NCBI GenBank assembly: GCA_937900255.1
Contig: CALCDZ010000002.1
Coordinates: 9,655 to 73,654, forward strand
Direction: 5' to 3'
DNA: 64,000 nucleotides
Source: an uncultured bacterium
GTDB lineage: Bacteria > Patescibacteriota > Patescibacteriia > SG8-24 > DYFX01
The notes beneath the pieces are model-generated. The model searched no databases and had not been told where the DNA came from. It worked only from the letters and a program-made list of their open reading frames with translations. The stretch's first letter is position 1, and every line of letters starts with the position of its first letter. The position numbers were made by a program, and so were the translations under genes. This document shows, piece after piece, positions 19,361 through 28,035 of this stretch.

Positions 19361-19392
19361 AGCGGCTCCAGGACGTGCTATAATGCCGGCCT

Positions 19393-20538
19393 ATGGCCAA
19401 CAGCGGAGACCGGGCGCGGTCTTGGAAAGCGACCTTCATCCTGTTCGGTACCATCGTGGGAGCCGGTATTTTCGGGTTGCCGGCGCTCATCCAGAAGTCC
19501 GGCTGGCTGATCGGCGTCTTTTGGATGCTCGCGCTCGCCGGAGTGGTGGCGCTTACGCATCTCTTGTATGCCGAGGTCGTGATGGTCACTCCGGGGAGGC
19601 ATCGCCTGGTCGGCTATGTACGGCTGTATCTCGGCAAGGGCCTTTCCGGGATCGAAGCCGTCAATTCGACCTTGAACCTTTACGGAGGCTCGCTCGCGTA
19701 CCTGATCCTGGGCGGCCTGTTCGCCGCCGCGATCCTGACGCCTGTCGCGGCCGTTTCGCCGTTGTACGGGTCGCTGGCGCTCTTCCTGTTCGGTCTCGCG
19801 GCGGCTTGGGGCGGCGCGGCGTTCCTCTCCAGGTTCGATTTCGCCATGACGATCGGGGAATTGACGTCTTTCCTGCTTCTGGCCGGCGTCGCGCTGACCG
19901 CGTTCGGTCCCGGCAACCTGGCGCATGCCGATTTTTCCCAGGCCTTCCTGCCGTATGGCGTGGTGCTCTTCGCTTACGGAGGCCTCACGGCCGTGCCGGA
20001 GGTCGCCGATATCATCGGCCTCGGCAAGCCGCGGCTGGTCCGGCGCAGCGTCATCATCGGGACGCTCATGGCCGCCGGACTGACGATCATTTTCGCGACA
20101 GCGGTCGTCGGGGCGCTCGGGCCGGACGTCACGCCCGAATCGGTCTCAGGCCTCGCCCGCAAGTTCGGCGGCGTCCTTCCGGTCCTCGGCGGAGTGACGG
20201 GGTTCCTTTCGATCCTGACGTCGTATGCGGTCTTCGGCGCCAACCTGAAATCGCAGTTCCAGTTCGATCTCAAACTGAAACCGCTTTCGGCGCTTTTCGC
20301 GGCCGTGGTCCTGCCGTTCCTGCTGTACCTCGCCGGCATCCGCAGCTTCGGGCGCATCCTGGAATTCGTCGGCGCGGTCTTGGTCGGCCTGGAAGGCATC
20401 TTCGTGGCGCTCGTCTATCTGAAGGCCAAAGCCAAGCATCCTGGCCGTATGCTGGACGTACCGAGACCGGTCGTCTATCTCCTCATCGCCGCGTATCTCG
20501 CCGGCATGCTGTACGAAATCTTCCGGCAAGGCGCTTGA
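19393..20538 (+). CDS. Amino-acid permease (HAAAP/aromatic amino acid transporter-like), 11-12 TM
   Basis: 381 aa and highly hydrophobic. TIVGAGIFGLP N-terminal motif is typical of Trp/Tyr/Ser permease families. The ORF 19302 alternate frame is rejected. Confidence 0.6.
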   Translation: MANSGDRARSWKATFILFGTIVGAGIFGLPALIQKSGWLIGVFWMLALAGVVALTHLLYAEVVMVTPGRHRLVGYVRLYLGKGLSGIEAVNSTLNLYGGSLAYLILGGLFAAAILTPVAAVSPLYGSLALFLFGLAAAWGGAAFLSRFDFAMTIGELTSFLLLAGVALTAFGPGNLAHADFSQAFLPYGVVLFAYGGLTAVPEVADIIGLGKPRLVRRSVIIGTLMAAGLTIIFATAVVGALGPDVTPESVSGLARKFGGVLPVLGGVTGFLSILTSYAVFGANLKSQFQFDLKLKPLSALFAAVVLPFLLYLAGIRSFGRILEFVGAVLVGLEGIFVALVYLKAKAKHPGRMLDVPRPVVYLLIAAYLAGMLYEIFRQGA

Positions 20539-20550
20539 GGGTGCCACGCC

Positions 20551-21357
20551 TCATCTTCCATGGCGCGTGCGTGCCAGTTCGAGCGTCTTCTTGATGAGCA
20601 GGGCGACCGTCATCGGGCCGACGCCGCCCGGGACGGGCGTCAGCGCTGCCGCCACGCCTTCCAAGGAGCTGGCGTCGGCGTCGCCGACGGTCATGCTTCC
20701 GATACGCGTCGTGCCGACGTCGATGACGATCGCGCCGGGCTTGATGTCTGCAGCCTTCAGCGACCTCGGCTGCCCGACGGCCGTCACGACCACGTCGGCG
20801 GAGCGCAGGTCCTCCGTCGGCGCCAGGCCGCGCTGTTCAAGCATCAGTTCGAGCGGGGTCGAAAAGACTGGGCTGTTGGCCCTGACCCCGGAAAGCCCTT
20901 CGTGAGGTGCGCCGGCTTCATCAAGCAATAACGAGACGGCTTCGATCAGGCCCGGCATCGCGCCGCGGCCTTGAAGATAGTTCCGGAGGTTCCAAGGGTG
21001 GAACCCGTCGACATCCTTGGCCGGGTCGATGAACGAGACGGTACCGTCCGTATCCAATTGCGGAGGGAGCGGCAGCTGGACCAGGATGGCATCGATGGCA
21101 TCGTCCTCGTTGAGTCCGCGTATCGCTTCCAAGACGGATTCCTGGCGCGCGTCCTCGGGAAAATCCTTCCGCACGAAGAGGATGCCCGCTTCGGCGCAGG
21201 CCTTCTCCTTGAGGGCGACATACAGGTGGGAGGCAGGGTCGTTTCCGACCAGCACGACACCCAGCCCAGGGCGGAAGCCCAGGCGCGAAATCTCTCCCGC
21301 GACATCTTCGCGGATGCGTTTCGCGAGGGACCGTCCGTCGATCAGGCGCGTCTTCAT
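20551..21357 (-). CDS. folD: Bifunctional methylene-THF dehydrogenase / methenyl-THF cyclohydrolase
   Basis: [15 protein letters not shown]...[14 protein letters not shown], a FolD signature. 268 aa. Confidence 0.9.
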   Translation of the reverse strand: MKTRLIDGRSLAKRIREDVAGEISRLGFRPGLGVVLVGNDPASHLYVALKEKACAEAGILFVRKDFPEDARQESVLEAIRGLNEDDAIDAILVQLPLPPQLDTDGTVSFIDPAKDVDGFHPWNLRNYLQGRGAMPGLIEAVSLLLDEAGAPHEGLSGVRANSPVFSTPLELMLEQRGLAPTEDLRSADVVVTAVGQPRSLKAADIKPGAIVIDVGTTRIGSMTVGDADASSLEGVAAALTPVPGGVGPMTVALLIKKTLELARTRHGR

Positions 21358-22625
21358 GCCTTCCAGCCGGGATAAATAGGGTGCGCCGCGGCCAGTCCTC
21401 GCACGACGCGCAGGACATCCTCCCGTACGGACGCGTCTTCCGGCGCCTTGAGCGTCCTCGCGATGAGCGACCCGACGACCCGCATGTCCGCTTCCGCGAA
21501 ACCGCGCGTCGTGAGCGCCGGCGATCCGATGCGAAGGCCCGAAGGATCCATCGGCTTGCGGGTGTCGTAGGGGATCATGTTCATGTTCGTGTAGATGCCT
21601 GAAGCGTCGAGAGCGGCGACGGCGGGCTTCCCGGTGATGCCCAAACCGCTCAAATCGGCGATCAGCATGTGGTTGTCGGTGCCGCCGGTCACGAGGCGTA
21701 CGCCCTCCTCCTCAAGCGCGGCGGCCAGAGCGCGCGCGTTGCTGACGACCTGCGCCTGGTATGTCCGGAATTCCGGCTTGAGCGCTTCGCCGAAAGCGAC
21801 CGCCTTGGCGGCGATGACATGTTCGAGCGGGCCTCCTTGCATGCCTGGGAAGACCGCGGAGTCGATCTTCTTGGCGAGATCCTTCCGGCAGAGGATCATG
21901 GCACCGCGCGGGCCGCGCAGCGTCTTGTGCGTGGTGGTGGTGGCGATGTCGACGTAAGGGATCGGGTCCGGGAAGGCCTTGCCGGCCACGAGACCGGAGA
22001 AATGCGCCATGTCGACCATCAGGTACGCGCCGACCTCGTCGGCGATGGTGCGGAAGGCGGCGAAATCCAGCGTGCGTGGGTAGGCCGTGAAGCCTGCCAC
22101 GATGATCTTCGGCTTGGCCTCGCGCGCGATCTCGCGCACCTCGTCCAAGTCGATCAGGTGCGTGTCGCGCCGCACGCCGTAGTGGACGAACTTGAAAAGC
22201 TTGCCGGAAAAATTCACCGGCGATCCGTGCGTCAGATGCCCGCCCATGGCCAAGTCCATGGCCATGATGACGGCGCCGGGTTCCGCGAGCGCCAGGTACG
22301 CCGCCATGTTGGCCTGCGAACCGGCATGCGGCTGGACGTTGGCATGCTCCGCGCCGAACAGCGTCTTGGCCCGTTCGATGGCGAGCGATTCGATCTCGTC
22401 GATCTTCTCGTTGCCGCCGTAGTAGCGCTTGCCCGGGTAGCCTTCGGAATATTTGTTGGTGAGCGGCGTGCCGAGGGCCTCCAAGACGGCTTCCGAAACG
22501 ATGTTCTCGGAAGCGATCATCTCAAGGCCGTCCTGCTGGCGCAGGACTTCCTCGCCGATCATGCGCGCCAATTCCGGATCCTGGGCGGTGAGGTGGGGGA
22601 GAGTGTGCATGCGGGGAGTGTACAC
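21354..22625 (-). CDS. glyA: Serine hydroxymethyltransferase
   Basis: 423 aa. PLP site [13 protein letters not shown]. 4-nt ATGA overlap with folD. Confidence 0.95.
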   Translation of the reverse strand: MYTPRMHTLPHLTAQDPELARMIGEEVLRQQDGLEMIASENIVSEAVLEALGTPLTNKYSEGYPGKRYYGGNEKIDEIESLAIERAKTLFGAEHANVQPHAGSQANMAAYLALAEPGAVIMAMDLAMGGHLTHGSPVNFSGKLFKFVHYGVRRDTHLIDLDEVREIAREAKPKIIVAGFTAYPRTLDFAAFRTIADEVGAYLMVDMAHFSGLVAGKAFPDPIPYVDIATTTTHKTLRGPRGAMILCRKDLAKKIDSAVFPGMQGGPLEHVIAAKAVAFGEALKPEFRTYQAQVVSNARALAAALEEEGVRLVTGGTDNHMLIADLSGLGITGKPAVAALDASGIYTNMNMIPYDTRKPMDPSGLRIGSPALTTRGFAEADMRVVGSLIARTLKAPEDASVREDVLRVVRGLAAAHPIYPGWKA

Positions 22626-22661
22626 CTGGCGGATGCCGGATGGAAAGGCGGGCGGATAGGA

Positions 22662-23777
22662 TCAACGCGCAGCGGCGGCGACCGATTCGAGATAGCTCTC
22701 GGCGTACTGCTCCGCGATCTTGTCCCAATCGAACCGTGCGAGCCGTGAGGTCGCTTGGAGCGCGCAGGCTTCGGAAAGCGCATGGTCGGAGAGGAGACGC
22801 GTGATGGCCGATGCCAGCGCTTTCGGGTCGGAGGGCGGAACGAGCAAGCCCGTCTTTTCATGTTCGATGACGTCCGGGATGCCGCCGACGTCCGTGCCGA
22901 TGACCGGGACGCCGAGCGCTTGCGCTTCCAGGAGGACGATGCCGAGCCCTTCGCCCAACGACGGCAGGGCGAAGACGGCGGAGGCGGCCACTTCGGCCAT
23001 CGCTTCGACGTTCGGCTTCGCGCCCACGAAATGGACGGCGTCCTGGAGCGACCGTTCCGCCGTGAATGCCTTGAGTTCCGCTTCCAGCGCGCCGCCGCCG
23101 ACGATCGTCAGTTCGGCGTCGTGGATCGTGCGGCGCACCTCCTTCATGGCTTCGATCAGGAACGGCAAGCCTTTCTCCGGAGAGAGCCGCGCGACCGTCA
23201 CGACGCGGTGCGGCCGCTTTTCGCGCCGCGGCACCTTTGCCAGATGCCCGAAATCGACGCCGTTGGGGATCGTCATGGTGCGCGCGGCGCCCAGCCGCTC
23301 GGCGCGGGCCGTGAGCGCCCTCGAGATGCCGACGACCAAGGTCGGGGAGACATGGATGTTCCGCCAGACGAAACGGGGGATCTTCCGGTTCTTTTCCGGC
23401 ATGTCGAGGTCGCCGCTCTGCAGTGTCAGGAGGGTCGGCTTCTTCCCGCCGAAGGCGCGGTACCACCAGAGGGCGATGCCGGCATAGGATTCCATGACGG
23501 CATGGACCAGGTCGTGCGGTTCCCCGAGCGTCCAGAGTGGAGCGAGCAGGGGGAACAGGAACTTGTCCCGCTTCGTGCCGAAACCGAGCCGGACGATCTC
23601 ATGGGATGTGCCGTCGGGCAGTTCGCGGATTTCGTGGCGGGGAAGCGCGGCATCAAGCCGGGCCGTCACCACCACGATCGAAAAACGCCCGGCCAGGCGC
23701 CGGACGGTCTCGACGACCATCCGCTCCGCGCCGGAAACGAAAGGCTCGTAGAAGGCGGAGTAGATTACGATGCGCAT
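22662..23777 (-). CDS. Glycosyltransferase family 4 (GT-B)
   Basis: 371 aa. N-terminal MRIVIYSAFYEPFVSGAERMV and C-terminal E-x7-E-like region (GEGLGIVLLEAQALGVPVI). Confidence 0.8.
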   Translation of the reverse strand: MRIVIYSAFYEPFVSGAERMVVETVRRLAGRFSIVVVTARLDAALPRHEIRELPDGTSHEIVRLGFGTKRDKFLFPLLAPLWTLGEPHDLVHAVMESYAGIALWWYRAFGGKKPTLLTLQSGDLDMPEKNRKIPRFVWRNIHVSPTLVVGISRALTARAERLGAARTMTIPNGVDFGHLAKVPRREKRPHRVVTVARLSPEKGLPFLIEAMKEVRRTIHDAELTIVGGGALEAELKAFTAERSLQDAVHFVGAKPNVEAMAEVAASAVFALPSLGEGLGIVLLEAQALGVPVIGTDVGGIPDVIEHEKTGLLVPPSDPKALASAITRLLSDHALSEACALQATSRLARFDWDKIAEQYAESYLESVAAAAR

Positions 23778-23781
23778 GCGC

Positions 23782-24750
23782 TCAAGATGCTTGTCTTTCG
23801 AGATATTCGTAGGTCTCGCGCAGTCCGGCCTCGAGAGGCGTGGTAGCGCGCCAACCGATCAGCTGTTCCATCTTGGTCACGTCCGGCGTCCGGTACTTGA
23901 TCTCCATCTTGCGCACCGGCAGGTATTCGATCTTCAGGTTCTTGCCCGAGAGGGCGATGACTTGTTCCGCCAGCTCCTGAATGGTGGTCGGGACGCCCTT
24001 GCCGACGTTGATGGTCTCGCCGTCGGTCTCCTTCTTGAGCATGGCCGTCAGGATGCAATCGATGTTGTCCTTATAGAAGACGAAGTCACGGGTGGCGGAA
24101 CCGTCGCCGAAGATGTGGAGCGGCTCGCCTTTGCGGGCGCGGTCGAGGAAGATGCCGACGACGAAGCCGTACGGCGAACTTTCCTGCCTCGGTCCGTAGA
24201 CGTTGAAGAAACGCAAAGCCACGGTCGGCAGGCCGTACTGATGATAGTAATGGTAGGTCAAGTTCTCTCCGAGCATCTTGACCAAGCTGTACGGGTCGCG
24301 TGGGCTGGGGTTGACCGCGCCGTGCTCATGAGACGGCAGCTGGATGGGCTCCCCGTAGACCTCCGACGAGGATGAGTAGAGGATCTTCTTCACCTTGCGG
24401 TCCTTGCAGAATTCGAAGATGGCCCGGATGCCGTCGATGTCCCTCAGTACGTCAAGCGGGCGCTCCTCGACCCGTTTCACGCCGCAAAAAGCGCCGAGAT
24501 GGAAGACATAGTCGGGCGTGGAGGCATCGAAGGCGCGATCGAGCGTCGCCCAGTCGTTGGCGTTTCCTTGGATGAAGGTGAAATCCGGGTTGCCGTCGTG
24601 TTGGGCGAGGTTGTCGCGCTTTCCGGTGGAGAGGTCATCGAGAACGATGACTTTGGCCCCCAGCCCGAGCAGGCGATCGGTCAGATGAGATCCGATGAAT
24701 CCGGCGCCACCGGTCACGAGGACGTTCGCTCCTTTATAAGCTTCGAACAT
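23782..24750 (-). CDS. NAD-dependent epimerase/dehydratase (UDP-glucuronate decarboxylase / UDP-sugar 4-epimerase-like SDR)
   Basis: VLVTGGAGFIGSHL Rossmann motif and YxxxK. Start placed at M37 (24750) because a terminator hairpin for the upstream gene occupies 24818-24850. Confidence 0.8.
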   Translation of the reverse strand: MFEAYKGANVLVTGGAGFIGSHLTDRLLGLGAKVIVLDDLSTGKRDNLAQHDGNPDFTFIQGNANDWATLDRAFDASTPDYVFHLGAFCGVKRVEERPLDVLRDIDGIRAIFEFCKDRKVKKILYSSSSEVYGEPIQLPSHEHGAVNPSPRDPYSLVKMLGENLTYHYYHQYGLPTVALRFFNVYGPRQESSPYGFVVGIFLDRARKGEPLHIFGDGSATRDFVFYKDNIDCILTAMLKKETDGETINVGKGVPTTIQELAEQVIALSGKNLKIEYLPVRKMEIKYRTPDVTKMEQLIGWRATTPLEAGLRETYEYLERQAS

Positions 24751-24817
24751 AATAGGAGATAGTGTGACGAATCGTCCTGATTGTGCCAGGGAAGCCAGCA
24801 AAGCACAATGGCGGGAC

Positions 24818-24850
24818 GTATTAAAAGACCCCGCATCAGAGGAGGCGGGG
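24818..24850 (-). terminator. Rho-independent terminator (minus strand) after the hypothetical gene 24855..25250
   Basis: On the minus strand: CCCCGCCTCCTCTGATGCGGGG followed by TCTTTTAAT. Confidence 0.65.
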
Positions 24851-24854
24851 GACA

Positions 24855-25250
24855 TCACTTCTTGTCGGGCTTCGGAGGTGCGTCTTCCGTGGCGGGCACG
24901 ACGATGGGGTCGACTCCAGGGATATCGACCTGGATTTCCTTGATCTTGTTGGGAGGCAGCTTGCCCCCGACCTGTTGCGCGGCTTTCTTTGCTGCGTCGG
25001 CCTGAGCCGACCGGCCGCCTGGCGCGGCTTTGCGGACGGCTTCGCGTACTTCTTCCGTCGCTGGTCTCCCGACCTTGTCGGCCAGTTCCTTGGCCGCTTG
25101 GTTGTCTCTCTCGACCCTGTCTCGACTGGGGTCCCTTTTGGAAGGAACGTTTTCTACTCGGGGCTTGACCTTCACCCCGACATCGCCCGGGTCGACAGGC
25201 GCGTTCCGTTCATCTGCGGGCGTACCTGCATTCGGCTTCTTTTCGGACAT
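24855..25250 (-). CDS. Hypothetical low-complexity (K/P/A/E-rich) protein
   Basis: 131 aa. Likely disordered. Good GC3. Terminator downstream. Confidence 0.45.
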   Translation of the reverse strand: MSEKKPNAGTPADERNAPVDPGDVGVKVKPRVENVPSKRDPSRDRVERDNQAAKELADKVGRPATEEVREAVRKAAPGGRSAQADAAKKAAQQVGGKLPPNKIKEIQVDIPGVDPIVVPATEDAPPKPDKK

Positions 25251-25461
25251 GACGGCTCTCCTGAATGAACGTGTGGTGACATCTTGACATCGGGATAATT
25301 GTCTGTAAAGCGTCCGGGATGACTTTTGAGAATAGGTAGCACTTCTTGTTGTATTGATGCCAAGTCACGCAGATTGCTACCCGCAGCGTTGAGTTTTTGA
25401 CAGAATGGGGGGGTTCCATGTAAGTTGAAACAAGTTCATTTTGAACGGAAAGAGGATCGAA

Positions 25462-26190
25462 ATGGGAAATTCTTGGATGCTGCTGGCGGCAATCTCTTGT
25501 GTCATTGCTTGCGCTCACGAGCAGGACAACGGTTGGGATACCGGACTCGATGGCAACGTCAAAGAGACGGTTGCTCAAATCCAGTCGGTACAATGCCGAA
25601 AAACGGATGCTGTCTTGCGTTCGGAGGGTCTGCACGAAGATCAGCTAGGGCTTGTGCGTGACTTCTGCCGCCAGACCTTGCGACAGATGGCCATAGCCCT
25701 AACCGATCGTTTCGAGGAATCAAGACGGCGGGCCGAACTTGCGAAGACCTCCGAATCCTTCTACGCGTGCACGTACGAGGGGTACAATACCGGCATACCG
25801 AGCTATTCGGACCTTGGCCTTTCCTCTGGAACATGCTCTTGGCATGATCCGAATCCGGAATGCCAAGTATTCTACGCTTGCTTGTGGGGGTGCAATAATG
25901 TCGACCCTTCGCTTGGTTGGCACATCAAGTGGTATACCAGCAGGAGTGCACTGGAGGCGGATATTTTCCCCAAAGGGTATTCTTACGTGTCCGGCACGGG
26001 CGAAGGTGGCGGTTACCGTCGTACGTTACCCAATGGATACAGCTACCAAGTCCATTCCCTGACCATCGATGCGAATGGCATGGGGAACTGGCACAATGAA
26101 GGACCCGAGCCCGACCCGAGGTTTAACTGGAGCGGTTATCTCGGAGGTTGGTGGCCTTACGAAGTGAAGGCCTGGCACGACCACTGCTAG
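25462..26190 (+). CDS. Cys/Trp/Tyr/Gly-rich secreted lipoprotein (low-GC islet)
   Basis: AAAGAGGA RBS lies 7 nt before ATG 25462. Signal peptide with lipobox VIAC. 10+ Cys. Local GC is about 52%, against roughly 65% for the genome. Confidence 0.55.
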   Translation: MGNSWMLLAAISCVIACAHEQDNGWDTGLDGNVKETVAQIQSVQCRKTDAVLRSEGLHEDQLGLVRDFCRQTLRQMAIALTDRFEESRRRAELAKTSESFYACTYEGYNTGIPSYSDLGLSSGTCSWHDPNPECQVFYACLWGCNNVDPSLGWHIKWYTSRSALEADIFPKGYSYVSGTGEGGGYRRTLPNGYSYQVHSLTIDANGMGNWHNEGPEPDPRFNWSGYLGGWWPYEVKAWHDHC

Positions 26191-26197
26191 AATCCCT

Positions 26198-26554
26198 ATG
26201 CTTGAAGCGATAAAAAAAAACTTGACCCCAAACGCGACCAAGGTCGGTTTGTTCTTTGTCCTGATGACGACCATCGCACTAGGCATGCTGGACGGTTACT
26301 ACGCGTTCAGCGGTGAGCGACGCGCGCCGGAGGTGCTGGCCAGCATACTGCATGCCGCTCCGTGGTGGGTCATGTCGCTGCCCATCAACTTTCCCGGCCA
26401 GATGCTCCTCCTTCTTCTTCGAGAGTTGGGTTTTAGACCGAGCTTACTTGTGCAGCTATTGCTTGAAATGCCATTCACATACGTGCTGTCGTGCATCGTG
26501 ATCGCCCTCGTGGATAAAACGAGAGAATTCGGCAGCGACGCGGGTGCGAACTAA
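26198..26554 (+). CDS. Small 3-4 TM membrane protein (candidate partner/immunity protein)
   Basis: Starts 8 nt after the lipoprotein stop. Hydrophobic. A9 tract at 26212-26220 within codons 5-8. Confidence 0.5.
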   Translation: MLEAIKKNLTPNATKVGLFFVLMTTIALGMLDGYYAFSGERRAPEVLASILHAAPWWVMSLPINFPGQMLLLLLRELGFRPSLLVQLLLEMPFTYVLSCIVIALVDKTREFGSDAGAN

Positions 26555-26562
26555 CAGATCGC

Positions 26563-26592
26563 CAGAGGCCTCAAGGCCTCTTTTTATCCTCG
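26563..26592 (+). terminator. Rho-independent terminator
   Basis: AGAGGCC-tcaa-GGCCTCT followed by TTTTTAT. Confidence 0.7.
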
Positions 26593-26640
26593 GCTCGAAG
26601 CTTGAAGGGTGTCGTCGTACCAGGTAAGCTTTGCTGGTCT

Positions 26641-28035
26641 ATGCCTCTCGACCTCGATCACCTTCACCGGATCCACTGCGTCGGCATCGGCGGCATCGGC
26701 GTTTCGGCCGTCGCCAAGTTCTTGCGGCTGCAAGGCAAGGAAGTGAGCGGTTCCGACGGGGCGCGCAGCGTGGTCACGGCCGATGCCGAACGCGTCGGCG
26801 TCTCCGTCTTCGATCCGTCGCCGGAAAACATCGCGCCGGACCTCGATCTGCTCATCTACACGTCGGCGGCGCCGGAGACGCATCCGGAACGCGAGGCGGC
26901 GGCCAGGTTCGGCATCCCGCAGCTCAGCTACTTCGAGTTCCTCGGATTGCTTTCGTCACGTCATCGGACGGTCGCGGTCTGCGGCACGAACGGGAAGTCG
27001 ACCACGACCGCGATGCTCGGCCTGATCCTGGAGCGCGCAGGACTCGACCCGCTCGTCATCGTGGGCAGTCGCGTGCCGACCTTTGAATACGGCAATCTTC
27101 GTCCCGGAGAAGGCGGGCTTCTCGTGGTCGAAGCCTGCGAATACCGCGAGCAGTTCATGAGCCTGTCGCCATCGGTGGTCGTGACGACCAAGATCGCGGA
27201 AGACCATCTCGACTACTACCGTGACTTGGCGCATATCCAGGCGACGTTCCGTGCCTTCGCTTCGAAACGGCCTGCGGACGGCCCGCTCATCTGGAACGCC
27301 GATGACGCGGGGAGTCGCGAAGCGTATGCGGGCATCGACGGTCCGAACGGCACCTTCGGGTTCTCGTCCGGCGCCGACCTGCGCGCGGAACGCCACGAGG
27401 TCTCCGCCGGTCTTCAGCGCTTCGACGCCGTCTGGAATGACGGTGTCGCCTGGCGGGGATTGGAGCTCGCAGTGCCGGGCGCCTTCAACGTGTCCAACGC
27501 GCTGGCCGCTCTCGGGGCCGCCCGTGCGCTCGGCGCGGACGAGGCATCCGCCCGTTTCGCGCTCGCGGGGTTCACGGGCATCTGGCGTAGGTTCGAGAAA
27601 GTGGGGGAACGCGATGGGGCTCCGATCATCTCCGATTACGGCCATACGCCGGACGCCATCGCGGCCACGCTCCAGGCCGCGCGCGATTTCTACCCTGGCC
27701 GCAAGATCGTCCTGGCTTTCCAGCCGCATCATCACGACCGCACGCGCAAGCTCTTCGACGCTTTCGTTCCCGCCTTCGACGGAGCCGATACGCTCGTCCT
27801 CTCCGAAATCTATGACGTGGCCGGACGCGAGGAAGGCGCGGGCACGATCTCGTCGCGAGCGCTGGTCGAGGCGATCGAGGCGCGCGGAGCCGTTCCGAGC
27901 GTCCGGTACGCGCCGGATCCGGCCGATGCGCTCCGGCAGCTCGAAGCGCTTGACGCTGAAAATGCCATCATGCTGGTCATGGGCGCAGGGGACATTTATT
28001 CCATTGCCTATCCGCTATGCCGACCGTCGAAATGA
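26641..28035 (+). CDS. murC: UDP-N-acetylmuramate--L-alanine ligase
   Basis: N-terminal HCVGIGGIGVSAVAKFL Rossmann, GTNGKSTT P-loop, and Mur ligase middle and C domains. Start at MPLDLD. Confidence 0.85.
   Translation: MPLDLDHLHRIHCVGIGGIGVSAVAKFLRLQGKEVSGSDGARSVVTADAERVGVSVFDPSPENIAPDLDLLIYTSAAPETHPEREAAARFGIPQLSYFEFLGLLSSRHRTVAVCGTNGKSTTTAMLGLILERAGLDPLVIVGSRVPTFEYGNLRPGEGGLLVVEACEYREQFMSLSPSVVVTTKIAEDHLDYYRDLAHIQATFRAFASKRPADGPLIWNADDAGSREAYAGIDGPNGTFGFSSGADLRAERHEVSAGLQRFDAVWNDGVAWRGLELAVPGAFNVSNALAALGAARALGADEASARFALAGFTGIWRRFEKVGERDGAPIISDYGHTPDAIAATLQAARDFYPGRKIVLAFQPHHHDRTRKLFDAFVPAFDGADTLVLSEIYDVAGREEGAGTISSRALVEAIEARGAVPSVRYAPDPADALRQLEALDAENAIMLVMGAGDIYSIAYPLCRPSK

Noticed and set aside
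19302-20594. 430-aa plus-strand ORF in an alternate frame overlapping the permease.
   Set aside because: Arg/Gly/Pro-rich nonsense. Frame 19393..20538 gives a coherent 11-12 TM transporter.
24751-24858. N-terminal 36-aa extension of the epimerase ORF.
   Set aside because: The extension runs through the rho-independent terminator hairpin (24818-24850) of the upstream gene. The conserved Rossmann N-terminus begins at M37.
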